Shown one piece after another: positions 28,001-41,200 of a stretch of 64,000 nt of DNA. The stretch spans positions 11,496,850 through 11,560,849 of the forward strand of contig NC_134029.1 in NCBI RefSeq assembly GCF_964204645.1. Reading direction: 5' to 3'. The DNA is from Tubulanus polymorphus. Its lineage: Eukaryota; Animalia; Nemertea. The notes under the pieces are model-generated. The model ran no database searches and was not told where the DNA came from. It saw only the letters and a program-made list of their open reading frames with translations. The translations under genes were made by a program, and so were the position numbers. The first letter of the stretch is position 1, and the number at the start of each line of letters is the position of its first letter.

Positions 28001-31000
28001 CACACTTATCCCTGATTACAATTCTGAGAGCAAATGTTCACATGTTGTAAGCTGTTCAAGCACATAGGCCTAGTTCAAACATTATGTGTGTACTAAAGTT
28101 GATCAAGGAATTCCCATAAGAGCAATGAAATATTACACCTAAAATTGGTATCAGAGTCTAAGTAAAAACCCAAAACTCAAAGGAAAACTTAAAATTCATA
28201 TAGACATAGTTAACATTTCGACTAAAGGCCTTATTCCTATGAGTCATTTTCATTTCAAATATTTTTTTATGGTCTCAGTTGCATATGGAATAAAGCATCG
28301 TAGGCCTTTGCACAATTCAAGAATTCCTTTGTTGACAATATAAGACCTTTGGTTCTTCCATTTTGATGCCTGATTTATATACGTTTCTCAGATCGTCCAG
28401 AGTGTCCCATTTTTCAGATGAGGTTGATATTTCAATCATTGTTTTCTCAGCTAGCAGACGTATTTTTGTTCCAACGATATCCCACTTGAAGAAAAAAGAT
28501 AAAATTGAATTCGTCGCATTATAAAATATCAGGTCTTTCACTTTAATTACTCATCCCTTAGCATATCAAGGTCATCCATCCGATTTGAGAAAAGCTATTT
28601 TCCCGGACTTTGCATAATGATATTTTTTGTCAATGATATTTTCTGTAGTGCAAATAAAACTATTCCTCCCAAAAACCAAATCAACAAAAGATTTCACAGA
28701 AATCGATCTTGAAATACAATTTTAGATCTTAAAATAAACCCCGTAAGTAAAACGGTAGACAATACCGCGGGTTCACGTGGACACCTGCTGATCTCTGAGG
28801 CTAAGCCAATGATAGAGGAGTCTTTGCTTTCTGATTGGCTTTTTAAAACAGATATTTTTGTGTTCAGATTCTCACAAAAAAGCTCATATAAATTTTAACG
28901 AGGCCCTTTTTCAAAATTCAGCTTCATGGGGTTTGGAGAATGGATAATGCTCTAATGAATGATTTGTATGAATAAATGCTCAGTTGCAGTCAAAGAGCCT
29001 TTGCTCTGGAAAACCATGTCATTTAAATTTGCTCCATTTGTATAGTAATAGGCTCAGCCTACGGCTGGTCTAAAAATGTTCTTTTTGATATCTTCAATCT
29101 TAGATTTGTAAAAGTTAGTTTTTTTCATTTCTCCCATCATTTGAACACAATTTTCACTCCTGTCATATTTTTTGTAGTCCTTTGAGGTTTTATATGGAAA
29201 ATACTCTATTTTTATCTTTATTTTTTTCTGTTCTCTTCCATTTTAAAATGCCTTTCTTTTTCCCTTCACACTCCCACTTTTTCTTGAAGAAATCGGTACT
29301 CCAAGTAATTAAAAGAAAGGCCTCAGTGTTGTGGGATGGAAATACCAACAACTCATGAAAAGGTAGTTCTTTCAAGTATTTCATGAATCAGAGACTAATA
29401 ATACTGTCAAACAGGATTTCCTTCTCATGTGAACTTCAGAGGTATTTGAAGCAGTTGGGTGGGTCTCCCTTTTTCAAGCAAGCCAACAATTCAAAGCTTT
29501 CATTTGACATAATCATCTAGTAAACATTTTCCACATTGAAGAACTACTCAAACACTTGAAAAGTGGCTACTACAGCTAATCATCTGTATACTTGAGGGAT
29601 AAAGATACAATACAAGATATTAAAAGAACTATAGGAACTAGAAAGAATCTTGCTATATGGTCGGGTTAGCAATTTCAGTTCAATCAAAGATATCCAAATA
29701 CATTCAACTTTCAAAGAAATTCAAATGAATTCAACTTGCAGATATCTAAACCTAGATCAGTTAGAACTTAGTTGTAAGACAGTTCAAATTTAAAGATAGT
29801 TCTAATACTGAAAACCGGGCCTGGGCCACTGATCTCACGGAAGTGGTAGATGATTCTCGTGCTCAAATGTACTCTTATAAGCCTAGTTACTGCATTGAGT
29901 ACAAGCTGATCAACCCGCTTAGAATGTCAGCAAGCAATGCACCTAGAACTGCGCCGTATGGGTGCCCGCACTAATCACATAGACCCTGATAGGGCATCAT
30001 CGACCGTAAGAAAGGCCGATTGCCACAGCGATATCGGGATAAGGGATATCCCGATATGACATCAGGCGGGAAAATAGTTATTGTCATACAGAATTTTTTC
30101 TATCAGAATTAAATTCATTCTTTCTTTCAACAAACTCAAGAAAGCACAACAAATTTCAAACTGACAGAGTAACAAAGCTATCTTGTGTCAAATATCAGAG
30201 AAAACTGGGAAAATCACTATCTATAAGTCGAAATCACTATAACATCATAGTCAGCGTTAATATGCAACCCAACCACACTAAAATGAACCAGTGAATTCTT
30301 TTATAAAGGCCTACAATTATCTATAGGCCAAAATTTGAGCCTTACTTTATATTCATTCGAGAATTTTTCATCATCGGGCATATTTTCAATCTGAAATAGA
30401 AATACATCAAAGTCACGTTTTAAAGTCACCATCGCACACATTTTCACACTAGACCGGGTCAGGTGCATGCGCAGAGAAAACTTGCGGCACCAACCAGATT
30501 ACTTGTTGTATAATTGCTGAGGAAAAACTATAATTGATAGTTGAAAGTTATAGTAGTTAGTTATAATTGAAACTATATTCAGAAAATAAATTTCAGAACT
30601 ATAAATGGGCAAACCCAGGCTAAAATAGAACGGGATATATATATATCTGATTGGCTAATAATGACATCTTCTAAGCTGTGCGTGTACCCACGCACTCAGT
30701 CTAATGTGGCAGGGTTTCGTACCGTGGAAATATCAATGCCATCAGGTTCGAATCCCTGCCGGGGGAGGATGGTGGCATGTACTTAACATTGACAGATGCT
30801 ACTGTAACAAACCGCTGTACCAAGTATACAAAATTTTCTGACCCCAAAGTTTCCCCTGAAAACTTCAACCGAGGGTCCATGAACACTATGCCCACTCAGT
30901 GAATTACTTCTGAATTACAATCTGATAATTAACCCATTAGCATCCAAGCTGCCCATCTGCCTATTATACTCCTCAAGCTGCCCAAATCCGTCCTGACATT

Positions 31001-34000
31001 TTTTTCGTATGCTGCACAAAAATGGTTATAGTGGGAATTGAACCCAATAGCTTATGATTAAGTTTCACACCCAAATCCTCAGAATACCATACAGAAATCA
31101 ACATCTTCCCATTTGAAATTCTCAAGTATTTGGAGTGTGAACATGCCAGATCTGAGTGCTCACTTCACATCCAAGTAAGTCTCGATGAATTTCAGGGGGC
31201 AAAAGGACATGATTTTGGTGACCCACCTTATCAAATCGTATATCATATGAAAGCAATCTAATACAAAATAACAGGAGCTTGCAAATACGTGTAAAGTTTA
31301 TTTTAAAAATACACTGGGAATGAGCTATTCTGTATCGTGTTGAATTGGATTTTCCCACGATTTTTCTGAGAAGTAAGACGCTACCTAACTTAGTGAAATT
31401 CCTGAGTGCTAATCAATGGGTTAAATAGGTGCAAAGTCAATCTATGGCTCCTCATCGAGATCTTATGATGATAATGAATATTCAATATCCCCTGAGGAAC
31501 AGAGTAATTCAAGAACTTGAAACTCACCATAATTATAGTTCATGAGCTAACATTCTGCAATTGATTGTGTTTACAAAATTTGCATAGCCACCAATATATG
31601 GAATTACCAGGTTATTCCTCAACTCCTGACAACATACTAGTATAAGTTGGAAAATTATGCCCGGCTCCTTAAATGTTAGACTAATAAACCTCGATAGGGA
31701 TCATTCATTTATTATGTACGCATTAGGGGAGGGGGAGGGGTCAGTGCAATTGCGTACTGTAATGCTTAATGTATATGAAAAATTGGCCGATTTTGCGTAC
31801 ATGGGGGGTTGGAAAATTCAAATTTTATGCGAACGTAATAAATGAATGATTCCATAGACCTTTTCAATTAAAATTCAAGCAATTTTTCCTCCCTCCCATG
31901 AAATAATCTCTTTTTCAACATGCCCCTCAGCAACATTTCCTCCCAGAAGCCTGGAGAATGTCTAACCCTTTCTCGACATTCCCTTCTATTCCTGTATCCA
32001 TACTATGCTTTACAATAAAAAGTTTTTTTTAGAAATTTGTTCACCCTGTACTGAGTGGCTGGTTTGCAATGCTCTGGATACAAATGGCTCAGTGAAATTC
32101 GGGTGCAAATTGGGTCAAACACCCCATACAACACTGCAGTAACAGATAACACAGTACACGCGCATGTAAACGCCATGTCTACTGATATTTTGGGGATTAA
32201 AATTTGGGTGAAATTAGACCCTGGATATATTCTAAACCCCTTGGTGAACATACAGTAACAAATTAACTTCGAATTCATAAAGCATGTCATGAGCAATAAT
32301 TCTGCAAGTCACTGTAGAAACAAAATATTCCTTGGTCAAAGCATCTAGGTGAAAACTTCATAACTGTGGGAAAAGTGCTGATTTTGGTGAACAACATTGG
32401 CTGTGAAAAATGAACTTATGCCTAGTATTTGATATGCAAATAGGTTTCATTAAACTGCAGACGTTCAGGTAGACCTATACCGTATGGGTGTTCGAACTTC
32501 GCTGAATCACTGAATCGTTGAATTGCTGAAACGCTGAATCTTATGTTGATAATAATTTTTTTCATTTCACTGACTCTTTTCAGATAATTGAAAAATAAAC
32601 AATGTATAATAAATGACAAATCATATAAATGACGGCATATTTGATGACAGTAACACTTTTAGAGCAAAATTAACGTTAGGAGTACCTTAACATTGAATTG
32701 AATTTGCGGTAAGCGGGGGAACGCCAGTTTACGCATCACAGCCTTATCATATGGCACGCAGGGCAACTCTGCCACATACCATTTAGTATACACACATACC
32801 AGTCCATTTATTAATGGAAGAGACCTGTTTTTTCGCAATATTTTGCTCACTATTTGAGGTACATACTTCATTGTGTGCTTTATAACCACAAAACTTTAAA
32901 AGTTTAACAATTTTAAAGTTTAAGGTTGACAGTCGCGATTGACACAGCAAAGCATGAGGACTGTGTTTAATAATAATAATAGATGGACACCAGGCGCCGA
33001 AGGACGTCCCTTTGATAAATGCGTAAGCGTATACGTCGATAATGCAAAAGGTCTTCTTAATAAAGTGTCTTCCTATGGTAGGCCTACCAATATATGGAAA
33101 TACTATTGAATAAGTAATTGTAGGCCTACTATTCAACGTCTCCTGGTGACGTATAAACCAACAACCTTGAAACTCACCAATCAAAGAACATGTCAATTGC
33201 AATAATGCCACTAATGTTATCTTTGGTCTAGGGACGGATCCAGATGTTTCACCACCCCAGAGCGGTTTCTGAGTTCTGCTGAACTGGAAGGGCAACTATA
33301 TCATAGTATATAACGGGGAATCTGGAGGCACTCCCCCAGAAAAGTTTGGTTTTTCAAGGCTCTGAGATGCAATCTTTATAAACACGTTTGGGGCATAAAA
33401 TCTATCCTCCTAGAAGCTAACTATTTTCGTTTATTCGAATAGAGAATTTTTTATACTACTTCGAGAATACTTGCCCGGGATAAAATATTCATGTTAGTAC
33501 AAGAGTCAAAATCAAAACTAGAAGAATAGAAGGGTAAACCTGAGAACCCCTCGATACTAGTGGAAGGCTGGATCTGCCCCTGACCACTCATTGATATATA
33601 AAGACATAGCAGAACTAATGTTTATTGTACAATCAATATACTCTCTCCCGGTTTTCATCTTTCGGAACTCGAGCATTTTTTGGTCAAAACCTTTATTCCT
33701 TTATTTTGGTCCATTTTTCATTACCACTTTCAGTATTTTTGGTTAAAAGTTCCGCTTTTATTAGTACTTTGTACCCGTTTTCAGTAACATTTTCTTTAGC
33801 AACATTTTCAGTATTTTAACATCTCAATCAGTATTTTCTAATTTTTACCTAAAGAATCATCAGTACTCAGTTCATTAGGTCAGCAGCATTTAATAAAACA
33901 AGAAACGAAATTCTTAATATGGACTTTCCTAAATTTACATGAGTGTATGTTTAACCCTTTCAGTGCGTCTACACCGCAGTGCGGTGTATAAATCAGTGAT

Positions 34001-37000
34001 AGATTTTGCTAATACACCACACTGTGATGTATTGATGTAATTAATAATTAGTAATTAGCCTATCTCTCTTGAAAAATAGCAGCACCTGTCAAACATAGTG
34101 AAATACTAGTATCTAACGAAACACCCCGCCGCGGTGTAGACGCACTGCAATGGTATTCCCGTTATTCAACACACTAAGGGTGGAATTTCTAAAAATTTTC
34201 AAATTATCTCCAGCAATATAGGGTAGGCCTATTGATTAGTCAGCACTGAAAGGGTTAATCAAAATTAAACATTGGTACTCTAGATTAGAGGTTTATAAGC
34301 AGAACAAATGAAAAATAGTGAAAACTATTGGATTGAATTCAAATGATGGGAGAAGACTGACTTTTTACAGATAATTTCATCGAAAATAAGGATGGAAAAT
34401 ATTTTTTTGAAATGTCTTTTTTGGAATTATGAATGGAAACGCAAAGGCCTACCTATCTTCGGTATGAAGTTTTTGGAAGAATTTCGAAGAATCGGTGCTC
34501 AAAGCCTAAGATGTCACCCTTGATTGAATCCAGAAGTTTTCATGAAAATCCGTCTATTGATACCATCTCCATCACACAGAACTGCATGACGATTCATCAT
34601 GAATATACATGGTAGCGGGTTTTCCCCACTGACTCTCCAGAAACTCTCCACGTTCATGGTGTGACGATTTCTATACACCGTGTACGAAGTATGTGAGACA
34701 ATTTCTTTTCGTAAATTGAACAATTTTCAAGTTCCCAATTTTACTGCCCTTCTATAAAATTCACTGCTTTCACGGCCAGCCGCGACAAACCCTGGCAGTT
34801 GAATCATTTGCAGTTTCCAGGAAGACTTTAACTAGGCCACAAGCGAGGCGCGCTTTTCATATTCATGCAAAGATCAATACACCACACAGCAGCGAGTCAG
34901 TAACGAGCACGTGTGTGAAGCATGAATATACGTAAAAGGGCATGTGTTCTTTCGAAACGAAATGTAGTTCCAACAACAAATAAATAACTAAATTGATAAA
35001 TAAGCAACGGATTCTGATGAAATTCAATAGGGTTAGAGCTTTTATTACTGCATTGCATGTTTTAAACGTTCCAAAGAGAAACTAAGCCTCGTTTGGAAGT
35101 TATTTTGTACCAAAGGAAGAAAGTTTCATATTCGATAACAAAATGGACTTGGCTAAAGCAAAAGTCCATAATGAGTAGAATGGTCTGGACAACTCAATAG
35201 CAAATTGGCGTTCTTTCTTGAAAAGGAATAAACATGCGGAAAATGGCTGTAATCGTCTTCATGACACTCACACATTTCTTTAGTGGTACTTGCATGTCTG
35301 AATCCCCACCCATGCTCTTTCTCGACAAACGGTGTATTAACCTTAACTTTTTCAAAATTTTTACTTTCACAATCTTAAAAAGCGCCAGTTAAAGCTGCAT
35401 CGGACTAATGGATCGGACATGTTCAAATAGGGACACAGTAAATTTTGAATTGAATTTTTCTCAATCCTCCGCCGATATTAGTTAAATGCAATCAAAATGT
35501 CATCAATAAAACTAAACTATCTTATTCATGAATACAAAATCGTAGTTTTTAAATTTCTTGGGATTTTTTTCACCAAAAAAATCGTATTTTGCTGATTTAA
35601 AGAGAAAAATGTACTTTAACATTACCGGTTATTGACCGTACTGCCGAACTGACGATGTTTTTAGTGAAAAAAAAACGTAACAAAAACGGACGAATCGAAC
35701 AGGTTGGCATGTATGTAAATAAAACTGGATGGAGTAGACACAGAAAATCTCAAGTGCTTTCCCAATGGATTAAAGGTGCCTCCGAATAAAATACTGTTGC
35801 ACCACTGACATCTTCAAAACAACTTGATACCAACCCACCCCCCATGTAAACATAGAATAACATATAGGCCTATGTTGACATTTTAGCATAATGGGTTTAG
35901 GCTATCAATTATTGTAGTCAGTTACCGGACTGTGGTTTAGTTTCACGATCGGATATTTTCAAAAACCACAGTCAGGAATGGGAAGGTCATTTTTCAATGA
36001 AATTTTCCTTAGCCAATTTGACTCACGAGTAATTTGCCCGACATTCATTGTCTCGAAAGATATCCGTCTAATTTTTGTTGTAATCAACGCAAAACAGATT
36101 CGTAGTTTGTTTGATACCTATAACACCTCACCTGACGATCTTAATCCATGTGCAAATCGGCCGTTAAGTGAGAGTAAATTTCCGTCAATTCGATGCGGCC
36201 ATTTTGAAAACTTGTGGAGGGAGCTGGCACCTATTGACTGAGGCCAGGACAACAACACAAACTAACAAAACGAAACGACGAATTTGAAAAAATTAAGAAA
36301 TCAACATTAATTCACATTTTTCTTCAACCACAATTTATTATTTCAATATTTATCATGGAAAGCACGAAGATTTGAAATATATGTTGGAAAACTATCAAAT
36401 ATAAAAATTGTCGTTTTGTTTTGGAAGTTTTATATAAATCGTTGTAGGTCACCTTGTCTATCATGCCACCTTGCAATATAGGGAAATGGCAGAATTTGTG
36501 GAGAAATTGATTAATTTCTCAAAATAATGTTGATTAATCGCTCGAAAATTGGATTATTAAAGGTACCTGTGTTAGTTTGTGAATAAAGCCATTAATTGTG
36601 GACTGAAGTCAATAGAAAGCATATTTTTGAAGTGTTACTTTTTTCAACCGTGTTTTGGCCCTTGTCATCACTAAAGGTTGGTATTAGCCCATCCGCTTAT
36701 AAAAGCTTACCATCAACGATTAGGTAACTAACTACAATTATTGGTGCTACATAGGCCTATGTGGCAGATGTCGCCCCTGAATTCTACAAAGCCAAATAAC
36801 ACATACCTGCACAGGAAGTCCTGGAGCATTTTGCGTGAATGTATACAATTGTCGTTTCTCCTCTAATTCTTTGCGTCTCTGCTCGATGAAGCTGTCATCT
36901 TGAGGGAGGTTTGTGTCGTAATGCTGAATTACATAATGCTGGTTAGCTTTTATCCATCGATTAATTGGGAAAAAATAATAATCTTCCATTTTACAATCTT

Positions 37001-37307
37001 CGATAACGATCTTTTCAACAAACCAATTTGGTGACATGCCGAAGTTATCCCGCCAGAATTCGATCATTTTCAGAGGACCAACCGTAGGCATGTATTTAAG
37101 GAAAAACCGATTCTTTTCGCCTCTTTCAAAATCGTTTCTCCACAAACAGTTCAATTCAACTTCGGGGGTTTCCCTTCCATCTTCCCCGTATAGTTTTATC
37201 GTCACATTCGCATCGGTTCCAGCTTCTTTTCTATCTCCAGTTACAACAAATATCACGTAACCAGAACGTGAACTCGAGTTTGTTGAACAATTTAAGCTGT
37301 TTCCCAT
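12965..37307 (-). CDS. Animal-type lipoxygenase (PLAT + catalytic domain), 12 exons, about 526 aa, 3' part not found
   Basis: Exons 37307-36807, 30390-30346, 28484-28347, 27900-27803, 27033-26901, 26480-26385, 26016-25920, 22462-22345, 17078-16986, 14001-13941, 13502-13397, 13056-12965; all GT-AG, phases join with no stops. Confidence 0.93.
13397..13502 (-). CDS. LOX exon 11
   Basis: [35 protein letters not shown] (YRDD motif). Confidence 0.92.
13941..14001 (-). CDS. LOX exon 10
   Basis: [20 protein letters not shown] (LPxxLxxRG motif). Confidence 0.9.
14175..14267. mobile_element. Short MITE related to 7635-7763
   Basis: CAG-GGCCCAGT...ACTGGCCC-CAG. Confidence 0.55.
16986..17078 (-). CDS. 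LOX exon 9 (Coffa-site Gly)
   Basis: (S)[30 protein letters not shown]. Confidence 0.9.
17651..18930 (+). mobile_element. Truncated Ty3/Gypsy relic: 5' LTR, tRNA-Leu PBS and degenerate gag, in LOX intron 8
   Basis: LTR about 17651-18209 ending CA with AATAAA; PBS TGGTGGCAGCG at 18211; gag-like [10 protein letters not shown]...LRNRFE...[25 protein letters not shown] with a stop and a frameshift. Confidence 0.75.
19518..19804. mobile_element. piggyBac-type MITE (TTAA)
   Basis: TIR CCCTTTCAGTGC with TTAA on both sides; inverted copy at 33955-34254. Confidence 0.88.
19955..21075 (+). mobile_element. Helentron/DINE-1/pearl-like element, complete copy with four 154-bp cores
   Basis: 5' AACTAGGGGTCCAGGGACACCATGCCCACT; 154-bp period; (GACG)n microsatellite at about 20983-21023; 3' hairpin GCCCGCTGGGACT-AA-AGTCCCAAGTGGGC-TAAAAA. 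Confidence 0.82.
22345..22462 (-). CDS. LOX exon 8
   Basis: [38 protein letters not shown] (second iron-ligand His). Confidence 0.93.
22695..23662 (+). mobile_element. Diverged copy of the same family with a nested second-family 3' end
   Basis: Same 5' arm and 3' region; nested segment ends in hairpin ATGGACTTCGC-TAAA-GCGAAAGTCCAT (also seen at about 35070-35172). Confidence 0.65.
24336..25082 (+). mobile_element. Internally deleted copy of the 154-bp-core family
   Basis: Same 5' arm; about 4.5 cores, then a jump directly to CCAAAGTGGGCTAAAAA. Confidence 0.75.
25094..25338. mobile_element. PIF/Harbinger-type MITE
   Basis: TTA TSDs at 25091-25093 and 25339-25341; TIR GGCCATCCCAAAAT. Confidence 0.82.
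25920..26016 (-). CDS. LOX exon 7
   Basis: VFFPTD...[22 protein letters not shown] (WLLAK motif; first iron-ligand His). Confidence 0.93.
26385..26480 (-). CDS. LOX exon 6
   Basis: [32 protein letters not shown]. Confidence 0.93.
26901..27033 (-). CDS. LOX exon 5
   Basis: [14 protein letters not shown]...[14 protein letters not shown]; GTAAGT donor. Confidence 0.9.
27803..27900 (-). CDS. LOX exon 4
   Basis: [32 protein letters not shown] (WxxDxxFGxQRLxGxNP motif); this reading frame is not in the ORF track. Confidence 0.92.
28347..28484 (-). CDS. LOX exon 3
   Basis: WDIVGTK...[11 protein letters not shown]...EEPK; weak donor GTCTTA. Confidence 0.8.
30346..30390 (-). CDS. LOX exon 2
   Basis: [15 protein letters not shown] (LPxDExFS motif); TTTCAG acceptor, GTAAG donor. 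Confidence 0.85.
30444..30775 (+). repeat. Dispersed repeat, second copy at about 25535-25760
   Basis: Shared CACACTAGACC...GGCACCAA(C/T)CAGATT...TTCGAATCCCTGCCGGGG(G)AGGATG. Confidence 0.6.
30933..31420. mobile_element. TTAA-flanked MITE (CCCATTAGCA termini); partial copy at about 23670-23914
   Basis: TTAA-CCCATTAGCA at the left end and TGCTAATCAATGGG-TTAA at the right; interior matches 23670-23914 in reverse. Confidence 0.65.
31697..31853. mobile_element. Short Harbinger-like MITE
   Basis: Imperfect TIR GGGATCATTCATTTATTA.GT.CGCA; ATA on both flanks. Confidence 0.7.
33229..33582. mobile_element. hAT-like MITE remnant
   Basis: TAGGGACGGATCCAG ... CTGGATCTGCCCCTG imperfect TIRs; no TSD seen. 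Confidence 0.45.
33955..34254. mobile_element. piggyBac-type MITE (TTAA), inverted copy of 19518-19804
   Basis: TTAA-CCCTTTCAGTGC ... GCACTGAAAGGG-TTAA. Confidence 0.88.
36807..37307 (-). CDS. LOX exon 1: PLAT/LH2 domain
   Basis: MGNSLNC...[15 protein letters not shown]...NDFERG...WFVEKI...FPINRWI...LPQDD; donor CAG|GTATGT. Confidence 0.93.
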
Positions 37308-37571
37308 GGTTATTCAGTCATATCAAACCGCGGAACCGAAGAATTCAGAGCAATGCTACAAGTGGGCGTCCTCAATAATACGCGAGTGTCAAACCCGTAA
37401 CCGGCACGACGATTAATATCAACAACACTATTTATCGTCAAATAAAATAAAAGTTTCTTGTATACGGATATCAATTCATATGTTGAATTTTAATTCATTA
37501 AATCATTTAAATTCTTATTCCAGTGAATGTACGGTTATTGGAATAATCAGCGACATTTCAGAAAAACAATT

Positions 37572-37616
37572 GGGAATTTCAGTCTGTGAACAGTGACGTA
37601 ATCACAGAGGATTCCC
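37572..37616. promoter_or_regulatory. Candidate LOX proximal promoter cluster (kappaB-like x2, CRE/bZIP)
   Basis: GGGAATTTCA at 37572, TGACGTAA at 37594, GAGGATTCCC at 37607; 265-310 bp upstream of the ATG. Confidence 0.35.
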
Positions 37617-38284
37617 AAAACGGACGCCCAAAAGATCAACATTTGGTTGACCTAGGGCCGACTCTATTATCTATCCGGACGCGTCCGGGTGTCTCCAATT
37701 TCACTCTTTTATCGATCACGTGATCATCCGGATATCTCCGGACTCTCCATGTCGGAGACTGAGCGACAAAAGGACTAACAACGGACAACGCTTTAACGTC
37801 AAACTGTTTAATGACCGGCAGAGCGGTAGCGAAAAACGATAACGAGTTAACTACAAAAAATAGAATAACAGCTAAATACATATTCAATAAATAAGAATTT
37901 CAGAATTTCAGGCAAAATTTGAAGTAATACATTGCATACAACTTACAGCTCTTTATACGGCTAAATTCACATGGTCTAAACTCAAATGGCAAATGCCCAG
38001 AAAACTAAATGTTATGCGATTAAGAGAGGTAACTACAATAGGGACAATACCCATACACAGAAACAGTTACAAACCGGAAATCTGGAATAAAAGAAGCCAG
38101 GAATACGTTGTGCATGAAGCGCGAACCTGAAACTTGACCATAGTATGAGTTAGTACATAACAGTAGACAACATCCCCCGCCCTTAACGTCTGATAGTTAA
38201 AAAAGAAAACCAAAATACAAAACAAACAAAAAAAAACATGCAAGTCAATCCTGAAAGTTGAAGACATTGTATAAATTCTATAAG

Positions 38285-41200
38285 TTATGGGATAGCTTCT
38301 TCCAATCTAGCGATTTTGGCAACCGGTCTTATGAACTCAGCACCAGTACCAGTTTTTAATTTAACTACTCGAATTTTCCCATCATCGCCGGGATAAACCT
38401 CAGCGACCCTAGCCAGACTCCACTGCCCCCTAGGCACATCAGTGTTCACTAATAGAACCAGATCACCGGTATTTATAGGACAATTATCCTCAGCCCATTT
38501 ACCTCGCACTGTTAGCATCGGAAGATATTCCTTTAACCATCTTTTCCAAAGATGGTCGGCAATGACTTGACTTTGTCTCCAGCGCTTCCTACTACTTATT
38601 TCCTGATCGTGAAATACATCAGGAGGTTTATAACTAGTTGAACCTCCATGTAAGAAATGATTAGGCGTAATTGCGCTGAAATCCAAAGGATCGGAGCTAT
38701 TGTACGTTAAGGGGCGGCTATTGATAACTGCCTCTGTTTCAATGAGGGCCGTACGCAAAACAGAGTCTGTAACTAACTGTAACTTAAGTATTTGTTTGAG
38801 CGCCTTTTTGGTGGATTTGACAAGCCTTTCCCAAGCACCACCAAAATGGGGAGCCAAAGGAGGTGAGAATTTCCAAGTAACATCACGCTGCAGTAAAAAA
38901 CTATGTATTTGAACTTGGTTAAATCGCTGAATACCATCCCTGAGTTCCTTTTCTGCACCTACGAAATTTGTTCCATTATCAGAGTATATCTCAGACGGAG
39001 GACCCCTGCGCCCTATAAAATTGCGCAACACTAGAATAAATGAATCGGTTTCCAGAGAATCTGCAACCTCTAGGTGAATCGCCCGAGTAACTAGACATGT
39101 GAACAAACAACCCCACCGTTTCACAGTACTTCTGCCTAATTTGACGTAAATAGGGCCGAAGTAATCAACTCCCGTAAACGTAAACGGGCGAGTATAAGCA
39201 GTTATACGCGCAGCAGGTACATTACCCATGATCGGTATCAAAGGTTTAACCCTATCACGTCGACAAATCACGCAGTTTTGTATGACACTTCTGACTAAGC
39301 TACGACCTTTGACAGGCCAAAATTTCTGTCGAACCTCGGCCAAGACGTGCTCGGGACCGGCATGTAGTAACGCTTCATGAGTCTCGGCAATAATCAAACG
39401 AGAAACATGATGCCAAAACGGTAATATTACTTGATGACGGGCTTCTAATGGTATGTCAGCTTTCGCCAGTCTGCCGTCTACTTTCAATACTCCGTCACCA
39501 AAGGTTGGACGTAAAGGTACTATGGGACTTTTCCTTGATAAAGTGCCCTTAGACTGCAGAGATCTAATCTCATCTCCGTAACCCTCACGCTGCGCGTGTC
39601 TAATGAGAAAGTGTTGCGCTTCGCTAAGCTCAGACGGCAATAAGTTTCGACCACCCTTGCCACTATCAACATTTAACCGAGGGACCAATGATGAAAATTT
39701 CTTCACGGCCCTAATTACCCAAGCTACATGGCAACGTAACTCATACCATGATGAGAACCTATCAATATTCACCAACTGAAACACATTATCAAATACAGAA
39801 TCAAAGTTTTTATTTACAACGGAACTAGCGTATGTACACTTTTTAATATTTTCGCGATCGATCAGGGGTCCATGAACTATTGACTGATCAGGCCACTCAT
39901 CAACCTCATTCGCTGAATACAAGAAATCAGGTCCACGGAGCCATCGTGAACTGGTGTGAATTTCGGCAGCTGGCAAGCCACGTGTACAGATGTCTGCCGG
40001 GTTAACATTAGATGGAACATACATCCACTGCTCTGTCGAAGTATGACGTAATATCTTACTTAATCTATTAGCGACGAACGTCTTGAACCTGGTTGAACTG
40101 TTGTTGATGTACCTGAGGACCGTAACAGCATCCGACCAGTAGAAAACGCGAAGAAATTTCAACTCTGGTAGCTCGTCCTTCAAAGTGTAAGCAAGTTTCA
40201 TGCCAAGAACAGCTCCTTCAAGCTCCAACTTCGGCACCGTGATCATGCGTACAGGAGCAACACGAGTCTTTGAAGACAAGAAAGAACAATCAATGTTTCC
40301 AGATGGGTGTTTCATACGGAGATAAGCCACAGCTCCAAATCCTTTCTCTGACGCATCACAGAAGACATGCAATTCAACCAGTGTTTCACCTACAACCAAA
40401 CCAAGGTGATGACGTTGCAGGCGAAAATCTGCTAAAAATTTGAGCTCCGCTGCCCACTCTTGCCATCTAATCAAACATTCACCGGAGAGCTCGTCATCCC
40501 AGTCGAAATTTTGCCGCCACATTTCTTGTATCAAGCACTTAGCCCTGAACGTAAACGGTGATACAAACCCCAACGGATCGAAAATCGAGCTGACAATACT
40601 TACGACAAGCCTCTTCGTAGGAACGCCTTCTTTCAAAACAGGTTTAAAAACAAAGTCGTCAGATTCCACATCCCACTTGATACCCAGAGTCCGTTCAATC
40701 GGTAATTCGTCAAGATCAAGATCGAGTTCTGGTCGAGCCCTTTCTTCGCCTGTAATGTGTGCCAAGACTTCTCGACTGTTTGACATCCATTTCGTCAGAT
40801 CAAATCCGCCCTTGCTAAGGATTACTGTTATTTCGTCTGCTAGCTGGCTAGCCTGAAATATAAAAGAAACCGATTTGAGTAAATCGTCGACATAGAAATC
40901 GTTTAATATTGTAGCGACTGCCAAAGCGGAGTGCGATTCGGCATTATCATTGGCTGCTCTCTTTATACAATAATTAGCCGCGCAGGGCGAGTCTTTTGCA
41001 CCAAAAATATGTACGGTCATCTTGTAGACGCCTGGGTCCGATTCTTCTCGAATATCGTCTTGCCACAAGAATAATAGTGAATTTGAATCAGACTCGGGTA
41101 CTTTCACTTGGTGAAACATACATTCTACATCCGCGACAAGCGCGATAGCCCCGAGTCTAAACCGTTATAAGACCCCGAAAAGACTATTCAATAGATCCGG

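Noticed and set aside
69-36241. Most 60-170 aa ORFs in the supplied track
   Set aside because: They fall in repeats or AT-rich introns, or are antisense to real exons; apart from those overlapping LOX exons, piggyBac or gag, no protein motifs are recognisable
37308-37750. Allene oxide synthase-LOX fusion
   Set aside because: No catalase-like exons upstream in the window; the ATG directly precedes the PLAT domain
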